Source of the DNA: an uncultured Bacteroidota bacterium | Lineage (GTDB): Bacteria; Bacteroidota; Ignavibacteria; UBA10030; UBA6906 | Assembly: GCA_963700635.1 (NCBI GenBank) | Contig: CAVOYH010000004.1 | Coordinates: forward strand, 480,001 to 544,000 | DNA length: 64,000 nucleotides | Reading direction: 5' to 3' | Shown: positions 46,050 to 54,937 of the stretch, one piece after another | How positions within the stretch are numbered: position 1 is the first letter of the stretch | How the letters are laid out: each line of letters opens with the position of its first letter | Translations under genes and position numbers: made by a program | The notes under the pieces: model-generated | What the model saw: the letters and a program-made list of their open reading frames with translations, nothing else | Told to the model about the DNA's origin: nothing | Database searches by the model: none

Positions 46050-47486
46050 ATGGCGTCAATTCTGGAAACCCTTCCTGAGTATGTACTGCACTGGCTGGTG
46101 CAAAAAGGGAAGGAACGGTATATTCAGACGACAGAAATTCTCCTGAAAGAGGATGAGCACAACGACTCACTTTTCATCGTTATTGATGGCCTCTTTGGTC
46201 TCTCCGTAAAGGGGATTGTGGGTCAGAAAATCGAGCACTTTCCTCCGGGAAGCATCCTGGGAGAGCTCTCGTTCTTCACCGATGGTATCGCATCAGAGAC
46301 GATTTCTGCCGAGGAACCCTCTGTCGTGCTCGAAATCCCAGGGAGCCTGCTGAGGGAGAAGCTCCAGTTTGATCATCGATATGCCTCGGATTTCTACAGA
46401 GCGGTGCTGAGTGTGGTCGCCCTGCAGCACAAGCAGACCGCTCTTCATCTCTACGCCGCGCAACGGGCCGTGACGGAGGATGAACGCAACAACCCCCTGG
46501 TGAAGCTCGCCCTGGAGGAGGTCGAGAGGTTCAAGCGGACGATGCTGGTTCTGGACAAGGAGGCACTCAAACAGGGGTCGATTTCCGAAGAAAGTTACGG
46601 CTCGTTTCTCCATCAGGCGCACGGGTTGATGCTGGTGTGCAACGAAGTCCTCGGACCACGCTCATCGCTCAACGACACGATCAAAGGGCACATCGGTGCC
46701 CGGCTCCAGCATGAATTTCTTCCCTACCTTCTCACGACTGAAACTGCCGACCGGTTCTACTCGAAGCCGCGGGGATATGCGGGTGATTACCTGGCCATCC
46801 ACCGGATCTACCAGAACATCCCGGGAGGGAACAGCCGGCTCGGACCACTGATGGACCGGATGTTCCTGGAAACACCTCCCTCAGTAGCGGTTCGTAACAG
46901 GCGAAAAATCTTCGCGGACGAGATCGTGGCTACCGTCAGCGCCAGGTCAAACAGGCCGGTGAGGGTTCTCTGTATGGCAAGTGGGCCGGCAACAGAGGTC
47001 TTTGACGCGTTCGCGTTGTTGCCGGACAGGAGTCATCTGAAGGTGACACTCATGGATATCGATCTTCAGGCGCTCGCCTTTGTGGACGACATTCGGAGCA
47101 GGCAGAAACTTGCAGGCCAGATCGAGCTCATCAACGAAAACCTGATTGCCCTGTATCTTGGGAGGAGTAAAACGCGGATAGAGCCACAGGATCTGATCTA
47201 CAGCATCGGTCTGACTGACTATCTGAACGACAAACTCATCAACAGGTTACTGCAGTACGTCTATGAGAATCTGGCACCGGGAGGAAGGGTGATCATCGGT
47301 AACTTCCACCCGCGGAATCCGGCAAAAGAGTTCATGGACTACGTGCTGGAGTGGAATCTCATTCACCGGACCGAAGACGATATGCACCGGATCTTCGAGA
47401 ATTCCGCGTTCAAGCGGAGGTGTTCCCGCATTCAGTTCGAGGGGCAGGGAGTGAACCTGTTCGCCGAGTGCGTCAAAGACGCGTAA
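46050..47486 (+). CDS. cNMP-binding domain fused to class I SAM methyltransferase (PhcB-like)
   Basis: SLFIVIDG...GELSF (cNMP); YSKPRGYAGD, AVRNR, MASGPA.E, YSIGLTDYL, LAPGG..IIGNF, LEWNLIHR. Confidence 0.78.
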   Translation: MASILETLPEYVLHWLVQKGKERYIQTTEILLKEDEHNDSLFIVIDGLFGLSVKGIVGQKIEHFPPGSILGELSFFTDGIASETISAEEPSVVLEIPGSLLREKLQFDHRYASDFYRAVLSVVALQHKQTALHLYAAQRAVTEDERNNPLVKLALEEVERFKRTMLVLDKEALKQGSISEESYGSFLHQAHGLMLVCNEVLGPRSSLNDTIKGHIGARLQHEFLPYLLTTETADRFYSKPRGYAGDYLAIHRIYQNIPGGNSRLGPLMDRMFLETPPSVAVRNRRKIFADEIVATVSARSNRPVRVLCMASGPATEVFDAFALLPDRSHLKVTLMDIDLQALAFVDDIRSRQKLAGQIELINENLIALYLGRSKTRIEPQDLIYSIGLTDYLNDKLINRLLQYVYENLAPGGRVIIGNFHPRNPAKEFMDYVLEWNLIHRTEDDMHRIFENSAFKRRCSRIQFEGQGVNLFAECVKDA

Positions 47487-47507
47487 GGGAGTGGCGGATT
47501 CCACCGC

Positions 47508-48599
47508 CTATTTATATCCCGCCCTCTCGAGGTCAGCCACCGATGTAAAAGGATGCGGCGGTTTGAGATAGGTTCCCAGGAATCTGTAGATTTTTAATCT
47601 TGTTTCTTTCGCCAGCCTGGTGTCGATCCGGTCAAAACTGTGCCCCCCCGGAGCGTTGTTGAAGATTTCGTATTCAAATTTCTTGCCGGCCGCTTTTAAC
47701 GCTGCGATCAGATGCTCGACTTCCAGCACGTGTACGTCGTCATCGTTCGTGGACGAATGGATGAGAAGCGGAGTGGAGAGTTTGTGAACGTGATTGACCG
47801 GTGACCGCTTCCTGTACTCCGCAATATTATCCCGCGCCGTTTTACCGATATGGTACGGTGCTGAATATTCCTCCCGATATTCATCGTCCGCATATCCCAT
47901 GCGGGCGACCAGGTCACTGACCGGAACCCCGGCAAAGGCGACCGCATAGTCCAGGGGATGCTCGAAGATATCCATCAGCGCTATCAAGCCGCCGTGACTC
48001 CAGCCGATGATGCCGATCCGGTCCTTATCGATAAAGTCATAGTTTTCGACCATCCAATCCCGGGCTGCATGATTGTCTTCGATCTCGAGCCCCCCGTAGT
48101 CAATCTTCTCATAAAACGACTTTCCGTAACCGGTGCTCCCCCTGTATTCCGGAGCCACCACGACATAACCCTGTCCGACGAGCTCGCGGATAATGTGTGT
48201 GTGGTAGGTGGTGAAGTTGGCGTGTACGCCGCCGTGGGGAAGTACCAGAAGCGGACTTGATTTCTTACGGTCGAGTTTCTGCGGAATGAACACATATGCC
48301 CAGAACTTCAAGGGGTTTGTTGCACCCATGGCGGTCGGATTCGCGACCTTTGCGGGGGGTGGTCCGACGATATACACTTTGTCAATATGTGCAACGTCCC
48401 CCACCTTCTGATACCAGAGGAGATCATCGATCGATTTCCGGATTTCGTCGAGCCTGTGGTCCAGAGACTTGAATTTCTGCTCCAACTGATCCTCCAGCTC
48501 CGGAGTGCGCGGCTTTTTGTCCTGGCCCAAGAGTCCGGGCGGACAGAGGAGGAACACGGTAAGGGCGACACCGAAAAGGAAACGAACCTGTTGTCTCAT
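47508..48599 (-). CDS. S9 family peptidase / alpha-beta hydrolase, secreted
   Basis: HGG, YRGSTGYG, GWSHGG, D and H of the catalytic triad. Confidence 0.88.
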   Translation of the reverse strand: MRQQVRFLFGVALTVFLLCPPGLLGQDKKPRTPELEDQLEQKFKSLDHRLDEIRKSIDDLLWYQKVGDVAHIDKVYIVGPPPAKVANPTAMGATNPLKFWAYVFIPQKLDRKKSSPLLVLPHGGVHANFTTYHTHIIRELVGQGYVVVAPEYRGSTGYGKSFYEKIDYGGLEIEDNHAARDWMVENYDFIDKDRIGIIGWSHGGLIALMDIFEHPLDYAVAFAGVPVSDLVARMGYADDEYREEYSAPYHIGKTARDNIAEYRKRSPVNHVHKLSTPLLIHSSTNDDDVHVLEVEHLIAALKAAGKKFEYEIFNNAPGGHSFDRIDTRLAKETRLKIYRFLGTYLKPPHPFTSVADLERAGYK

Positions 48600-48692
48600 T
48601 GGATATCTCCACGGAAACGAATGATACGATGGGTCCTGGATCCCGAACCATACGAAGATAATGTACAGGAGAGGAGGGCCAGAGTCAATTGT

Positions 48693-49871
48693 TTATCTAT
48701 CCCTTCTCTCCATCCGGCGCCAGTTCTGGTTCGAACCGATGTTCGGATTAAAATCTTCCTGCTCTGTAATCACGTATTCACCCAGTCCGTTCACCCAGGC
48801 GTTTCGATAGCCAGCGGGAAGCTCCACCGGACGTTCGGACACCGGATCGTAATACTCGTCCACGCTCCGGATGTTCTGACTGAACCGCTCCGACAAACGG
48901 TCATACACCGCCTGGCGACTCTCCCACGAGCGCATCATGTCGTCCGATATCTCCCGGTGAGTCTGGCTGATGATTCTGCTTAATTCGCCGGCGTTCCGGA
49001 TCTGGCGCATCTGGTTCTGGATCAAAAAGGCAACTACCTGGACATACGTGTTCATCCATTGCGGATTCACGCGTATGGAGGAGGCCATCGTGCGAAACAT
49101 CGCGCCGAGCGCACTGAGCTTTCCCTCGGGCGCCTTCACGGAAAAAATATAACTGACCGTCCAGATCGTGTTGGTGAAATTCCCGTACATGGACTGAATC
49201 GGGATTGAAAATGTCTCAACCAGCGCGTACATCTCTTCTTCCAGCACCGTCCCTGCTTGGGTGTACCTCACCCTGATCATACCACCGTCAGCGTGCAGAC
49301 CTGGTTGATGTGATGAAACTCCGAGTGACTTTGCCAGGCCGGGCAACCGCTCCTCATGCACGATGGAGAGTGCTTGTGCTGAACGGCGGAACCGCTTCAG
49401 TATGATCGACTTCAGGGCCCGTACCGGACCAACAGGCGTTCGCACCTCGGCGCCAAAGTACTTCGAGCCCGGCGGGAACATCTGCTGGTTCATGGGATTG
49501 TCCGTCCAGAAAAACGACTGGTTCGGAAACACTTCCAGTCCCTCCGGGGTTGACGGGTGAGACGCCCGCAGCCATGCTGTCGCAGGCATGCCGGGATTGT
49601 CCAGAATCCAGGTTATTCCGCCTGTAAACTTCCAGCCGGCCGGCACGAGCATGCGAAACGCCTCGACACCTGTCCCGGTCCTATCAAAACATACCTCGGT
49701 GCGGAACCGCAAGGTGTATTTTTCGGAATCCACATCTGATCCCGGCGCCTGAGCCGTTCCGGATTCTCGCCCGGAGCGGGAAGGGCCCTTGTTGTTATCC
49801 GGGTTGACACAGCCAGAGAGAAGAGGAAGAACGAAAGGCATGAGCAGCAGAATCGGGGTGGAGGTTTTCAT
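48693..49871 (-). CDS. hypothetical lipoprotein
   Basis: 392 aa, lipobox LSGC, VPAGW motif; no family recognised. Confidence 0.7.
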   Translation of the reverse strand: MKTSTPILLLMPFVLPLLSGCVNPDNNKGPSRSGRESGTAQAPGSDVDSEKYTLRFRTEVCFDRTGTGVEAFRMLVPAGWKFTGGITWILDNPGMPATAWLRASHPSTPEGLEVFPNQSFFWTDNPMNQQMFPPGSKYFGAEVRTPVGPVRALKSIILKRFRRSAQALSIVHEERLPGLAKSLGVSSHQPGLHADGGMIRVRYTQAGTVLEEEMYALVETFSIPIQSMYGNFTNTIWTVSYIFSVKAPEGKLSALGAMFRTMASSIRVNPQWMNTYVQVVAFLIQNQMRQIRNAGELSRIISQTHREISDDMMRSWESRQAVYDRLSERFSQNIRSVDEYYDPVSERPVELPAGYRNAWVNGLGEYVITEQEDFNPNIGSNQNWRRMERRDR

Positions 49872-49968
49872 CGCGGATCCTCCCGGTGAGGATAGGGTTG
49901 TTCAGAGCCTCGCCGTGAATATACCAGAAGAGAATGAGAAAAGCGAGAACTGGCCGGCAGACAGCCCT

Positions 49969-52380
49969 CTATCTGAGAAGGAGCATCTTCCTGGTCTGAA
50001 CAAAGGAGCCCGTCTGCAGTCTGTACAGGTACACTCCGCTCGCGAGTCCTGATCCGTCAAAAACCACTTCGTAGCGTCCCGGCCGCTTCCGCTCATTGAC
50101 CAGAACAACGACCGATCGGCCAAGTAGATCATACACGGCTATCCTCACGTCAACAGTCCCGCCGAGCGGGTCGCCCGTGTGTCCAACCTCATAACCGATC
50201 GATGACATGGGGTTAAACGGATTTGGATAGTTCTGTTCAAGCCGAATGGTCACGGGGGAGGGGAGTGGACCGACAGTCACGATGCCTCCCGGATGGGCGG
50301 TAAATTCGTAGATATCCCGTCTGGTAAATGGCTTCAGGATCTTGAACAAAAACAGATCGCCGGCAGACGGAAGTACAGGGTTTGAAGGACCGGTGAAGAA
50401 CAATTCCCATGTCGGGAATGGCTTTCCGAGAGCGTCTCTCTCAATCAGAATAAGGTCATCATACTGTCCGATCATGCGATCACCATTCAGGTCAGTAAAA
50501 AGTACCTCAACCCGGTGGGATTCCGTCATATTCCAGACGGTAAAATTCATCGGGGCGGGCGTCCACCCATAGAAAGAACCCGAGGTATCAACGGTCTGGT
50601 CGAAGAGTTGTATGGTGTAATCGGATACATACGGAACTCCGGTGACGAGCCCCGTGTCCGGGTAGAAACTCGGGAGACTGATGACCGGAATGAGGTCGCT
50701 TCCCCCCGTGATCCAGCGGGTCGAATCTTTGGAAATGCGGGGAGGGTCATAATCGGCAAGGACAAGCCGGAGACCATCGAAGAGGGGACCCTCCTGGCCC
50801 GGTAGACCAACAGGTGCGCCGGGGACCGCCATTACATCTTGATCAAGATCAATTACTGAATACGTTTTTGATCCTGGAATGCTGTCGTGAAAGAGAATGC
50901 GGTATCTGCGGCCCGAGACGGCAGCGGAATCCACGACATGCACGCCAATCGACCCGTCTGCGATCCCCTTGACGTGCTCAACCAGCGTTGATTGAAGCGA
51001 AGGCCGGTGGTTGAATACAGAGAAGGGCGGAGAAATCGCAACACCCGAACTCGTTCCGTCGCTGCCGCGAATTTTGAGCCGGTAACGTGACGTGTTGGGA
51101 GCCGCAGCGGTATTCCAGAGGTACATGCCATCGTGTAACGGGTCTGCAAGATGAGTCCATGTGGTTCCATCATCGGTGCTCGTTTCGATGGAAATCGTCA
51201 GGAGATCACTATCAGCATCTTCGGCCCGCCAGCGGACCGCCTGCACCCCGGTGAGAGTCTGTGCGGAGTCGGGAAACAGAATCTCCACCTCGGGCACCGC
51301 GTTTCCTGGGTTATTCAGGGTAAAGGACCCGGCCATCTGGGTAAAACCATAGGTTGTATCCCCGAGCACGCGTACCCTCAGTCTGTACCCGGTTCCATCC
51401 TGCAACGGGAGGGTATTCCAGAGGAATGACGTATCCGTGGTTGCAGATGAGTACAGCTCCAGCCAGCTTTTTCCCCGGTTTCGACTGTACTCAACAACTG
51501 TCCGAACGTTTTCTGCCGGTGGCTGCACGGACCACGACACGGGGACGGCGCCGGATACTGTCGAGGCAGGAAGGGGGGAGACGATCTGGACCGCAAGCGT
51601 TTCCGATCCCACGAGAAAGTGCTGCCAGTGTAAAGGCAACGATTTTTCCATATGCAGGTCTGCGAAATACCAGTTGTGAGAAGAACTGGGGGCAATAGCG
51701 AGCGTATCGAAGGCGTTGGTGATCCCATGGGACTGAAGAATAGAAAGGAATTGCTGGTTGGATGTGTAGTTGCCGGAGGGGGTTGAATGGACAAGGAACT
51801 TCATCTGGCGCAAGAGATTCCAGTATGGTTCGCCTGTGCCTGCGAAAAATGTGTTCAGATTCACAAGCCAGAAGGATCCGTCATATGCACCCGCCGTGAA
51901 AAAGAGTTCCGGGCTTCTCCGCAGGAGTTGCAACACATCGTATCCCCCCAACGAAAACCCGTCCATACCCCGCTTCTGGCGAACGGGTATGGTTCGGAAA
52001 TGTGCATCGATGTACGGGATAAGTTCCTCCGCCGCGTACGCGAAGTCGGCTGACGTGCCGGGTTGTGAGATTCCGGGCATGACCAGGATCATTCTCCCGA
52101 TCGTTCCTGCAGCGTAGAGCCTGTCGGCTACGGTCTTGATGTTCCCACGCCGGCTCCCGTCTTCAGTGGGATTTGCCCATTCCCGCTCATGCCCCCGAAA
52201 AAGGTAGACAACGGGATAACGCAGCGAGTCCCGGTCGTATCCCTCCGGGAGAAATATGTTGTAGTTCTTCTGGGTTCCGAGCAGGGGACTGTAGTGACTC
52301 TGTAATTCAATGCGGCTCTCCTGGGCAGAGACACCCCCCGTCATTGCAGCGAACAGAGAAAGGAGAAGAATTCTTTTCAT
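49969..52380 (-). CDS. putative esterase (alpha/beta) + Ig-like domains + T9SS sorting domain
   Basis: FLPEGY..RYPVVYL, GFSLGG, HNW; C-terminal LEQNYPNPFNP; start ATG 52380. Confidence 0.82.
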   Translation of the reverse strand: MKRILLLSLFAAMTGGVSAQESRIELQSHYSPLLGTQKNYNIFLPEGYDRDSLRYPVVYLFRGHEREWANPTEDGSRRGNIKTVADRLYAAGTIGRMILVMPGISQPGTSADFAYAAEELIPYIDAHFRTIPVRQKRGMDGFSLGGYDVLQLLRRSPELFFTAGAYDGSFWLVNLNTFFAGTGEPYWNLLRQMKFLVHSTPSGNYTSNQQFLSILQSHGITNAFDTLAIAPSSSHNWYFADLHMEKSLPLHWQHFLVGSETLAVQIVSPLPASTVSGAVPVSWSVQPPAENVRTVVEYSRNRGKSWLELYSSATTDTSFLWNTLPLQDGTGYRLRVRVLGDTTYGFTQMAGSFTLNNPGNAVPEVEILFPDSAQTLTGVQAVRWRAEDADSDLLTISIETSTDDGTTWTHLADPLHDGMYLWNTAAAPNTSRYRLKIRGSDGTSSGVAISPPFSVFNHRPSLQSTLVEHVKGIADGSIGVHVVDSAAVSGRRYRILFHDSIPGSKTYSVIDLDQDVMAVPGAPVGLPGQEGPLFDGLRLVLADYDPPRISKDSTRWITGGSDLIPVISLPSFYPDTGLVTGVPYVSDYTIQLFDQTVDTSGSFYGWTPAPMNFTVWNMTESHRVEVLFTDLNGDRMIGQYDDLILIERDALGKPFPTWELFFTGPSNPVLPSAGDLFLFKILKPFTRRDIYEFTAHPGGIVTVGPLPSPVTIRLEQNYPNPFNPMSSIGYEVGHTGDPLGGTVDVRIAVYDLLGRSVVVLVNERKRPGRYEVVFDGSGLASGVYLYRLQTGSFVQTRKMLLLR

Positions 52381-52742
52381 GACAGGGTTCCCGGGGGAGG
52401 AGAAGAGGAGAATTGGCATCACGATGCTGTGGTACAATATACAAAAGCCCGGAAACAATGCCATCGCGCGTATGTGAGGAGGACTGTATTCCATTCTTTG
52501 GGCGCCCTCCATGCCGCCGGGATCTTGACATTCACCCGAAGAGTGTCCATATTTTAGGGCGAAATACGCGCGAGTGTGCTCGCACTGTTCTCACACGTCT
52601 CCGGTCCTCAGACATGCCTGGCAGTCTAAACTCCAGCTCTGGCTTGTTCAATCTTGCTTCGCCGTCCGATTTTCCTCTTCGATGTGCCTTTGCACCCCTT
52701 TTTCTCAAAACCATACATACACCCACCGCAGGGAGTAATGTT

Positions 52743-53321
52743 ATGAAGAGCGTACGTAATGTTCTCATTCTTTGTTTGCTGCTCGTACCGGCGACCAAGC
52801 TGGTTCGGGCGCAGGAAATGAAAGGATTTCGCGCGGATCTGATCGGCCAGATCGAGTACGTGCAGAAGCAGATTCTGGATCTTGAGGCCAGCATCCCGGA
52901 CAAAAAGATGACGTGGCGTCCGGCGAAAGACGTTCGCTCCATCAGTGAAGTGTACGCGCACATCTCCTTTGCAAATTACCTGATGGGGAAGTTTGCGGGG
53001 TTCCCGCTGCCCGAGGGCATCGTTGTGGCAACTCCGGAGGATGCGGCAAAGTGGGACAAGGCATCCACAGACAAGAAAGTGCTCCACGAGCAGATGGTGA
53101 AGTCGTTTGATTTCGTGAAACATGAGATCGGCGCCATGTCTGACGCCAGCCTGGAGAATATGGTGGATTTCTTCGGGTACAAGATGACGGTGCGAAGTGT
53201 CCTGCTGGTCCTCCTTTCACACATGCACGAACATCTCGGGCAGTCCGTTGCCTACGCGCGGTCGGTGGGCGTGGTGCCACCCTGGACGGCTGCACAGATG
53301 GCTGCAGAGAAGGGTAAGTAG
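52743..53321 (+). CDS. DinB family protein, secreted
   Basis: WRP..VRS..EV..H, HMHEHLGQ..YAR.G.VPPW; GGGAG RBS. Confidence 0.88.
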   Translation: MKSVRNVLILCLLLVPATKLVRAQEMKGFRADLIGQIEYVQKQILDLEASIPDKKMTWRPAKDVRSISEVYAHISFANYLMGKFAGFPLPEGIVVATPEDAAKWDKASTDKKVLHEQMVKSFDFVKHEIGAMSDASLENMVDFFGYKMTVRSVLLVLLSHMHEHLGQSVAYARSVGVVPPWTAAQMAAEKGK

Positions 53322-53329
53322 TTCCCAGC

Positions 53330-53362
53330 GGGGCCCGGATCCCTGATTCGGGCCCCCCTTTT
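53330..53362 (+). terminator. intrinsic terminator
   Basis: GGGGCCCGGAT-CCCTG-ATTCGGGCCCC then CCTTTT. Confidence 0.7.
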
Positions 53363-53392
53363 AACACTGTTGCCTTCCTGCGAACCATTCAT

Positions 53393-54895
53393 ATGCCATT
53401 TCTCGGACAACTTCCCGTGCACAAGATCCTTACCTATGGATCCCTTTGCCTCATCGGGCTATATCTCCTTCTTGCACTACCACCGTCCGCGCCTGATGTG
53501 CCCGAGCAAGGACCATCCTTGCACGCGCGTCCATTCCTCTGGAACCAGGATGCGAGATGGGATTCGCTGGAGGAAATGTATGTGAAGGCCCGGCGTGCCG
53601 GCTGTGATACTATGCGCCTGAAGTTTGACGCGAGCATGCGAGGCCTTCAGGATATTATCCTCCACATTGAAACGCACACGGAGTCTGCAACGTCTCCGGC
53701 ATTCTCGCATCTTGAAGAGAGGATATTCCAGACCGCCACGTTGCTCGGCGCCTGTCCGCGGGGGGTTCCCGATTTTCTTGCGCTCGTATCGCGGCTGCGC
53801 TCAGCCCTCAAACGCCAATCCGAGCGGTGGGACATGACCGACAGACAGACGCGCGAGATACTCTACCGCCTCCTCTACGGCACGCGGAGCGCTGCGGAGG
53901 AAGTGATTCTTCAGACCCCCCGTGAGCAGCGTCCTTCCCCGCTCCTCGAGGGAACTCAAGAACCTTCGGCCACGCCGGCGGCGGTGATACTCGACGTCAC
54001 AGTCCACAGCGGGGATATCCTGGTTTCGCGCGGTGGAGCGCCAACGTCGGCACTTATTGCGCGCGGAAACGACTTTCCCGGCAACTTCTCCCATGCCGCG
54101 CTGGTGTATGTCGACTCGGCAACGGGCCGCCTGTCGATTATAGAATCGCATATTGAGTATGGTGTTACGGTCTCTACGAGGGAAGAATATCTGCGCGACA
54201 CAAAACTCCGCATTCTGGTGCTGCGCCTGAGGGCGGACCTCCCCATCCTGGTTCACGATCCGCTTCTTCCGCACCGGGCGGCATCGATGATGCTCCGGCG
54301 TGCCCGTGCGGGGCACATACCCTATGACTTCGCCATGGCGCATGACGATTCCACGGAGCTGTTCTGTTCCGAAGTGGTCTCTTCGGCGTACGGAATGTTC
54401 GGCGTCCATCTCTGGATTGGCAAATCGTATATATCTTCCCCGGGGCTTCGCGGTTGGCTCGGGGACTTTGGGGTCCGTCATTTCGCGACGGAGGAACCCT
54501 CCGATCTGGAGTATGATCCCCAGGTCCGCGTGGTTGCGGAATGGCGCGATCCTGAGACACTCCGTAAGGATCACCTTGACAATGCGGTCACGGAGGCAAT
54601 GCTCGAAGGGGCCGAGCGCGGCGACCGGCTTCGATACGATTGGTACCTTCTGCCCATTGCGCGCGTCGTGAAGGCGTATTCGGTGGTGTTGAACCTGTTT
54701 GGTTTCGCGGGACCCATCCCCGAGGGGATGAGTGCGGCTGCGGGTCTGAAGCACGAGGATTATGTTACGCGGCACGAGGCGGCAGTCGCCGCCGTACGCG
54801 AAAGTGCTGATCGATTCCGGCACGACCGCGGGTTTGAACCGCCATACTGGCGGCTTCTCCAAATGGCACGCACGTCCCTCCAGCGCGAGGACTGA
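53393..54895 (+). CDS. YiiX/YebB-like permuted NlpC/P60 papain-like amidase
   Basis: SGDILVSRG, FSHAAL, PYDF, LFCSEVV (His before Cys); N-terminal TM. Confidence 0.82.
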   Translation: MPFLGQLPVHKILTYGSLCLIGLYLLLALPPSAPDVPEQGPSLHARPFLWNQDARWDSLEEMYVKARRAGCDTMRLKFDASMRGLQDIILHIETHTESATSPAFSHLEERIFQTATLLGACPRGVPDFLALVSRLRSALKRQSERWDMTDRQTREILYRLLYGTRSAAEEVILQTPREQRPSPLLEGTQEPSATPAAVILDVTVHSGDILVSRGGAPTSALIARGNDFPGNFSHAALVYVDSATGRLSIIESHIEYGVTVSTREEYLRDTKLRILVLRLRADLPILVHDPLLPHRAASMMLRRARAGHIPYDFAMAHDDSTELFCSEVVSSAYGMFGVHLWIGKSYISSPGLRGWLGDFGVRHFATEEPSDLEYDPQVRVVAEWRDPETLRKDHLDNAVTEAMLEGAERGDRLRYDWYLLPIARVVKAYSVVLNLFGFAGPIPEGMSAAAGLKHEDYVTRHEAAVAAVRESADRFRHDRGFEPPYWRLLQMARTSLQRED

Positions 54896-54937
54896 TCCCG
54901 CCACTCACCGGACCGTCTCCCGGCCACCGGAAGACGG

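Noticed and set aside
52413-52430. TGGCATCACGATGC sigma54-like sequence
   Set aside because: GG-to-GC spacing is one base short of the strict requirement.
53801-54904. 367-aa minus-strand ORF
   Set aside because: It is antisense to the YiiX-like amidase and has no recognisable motif.
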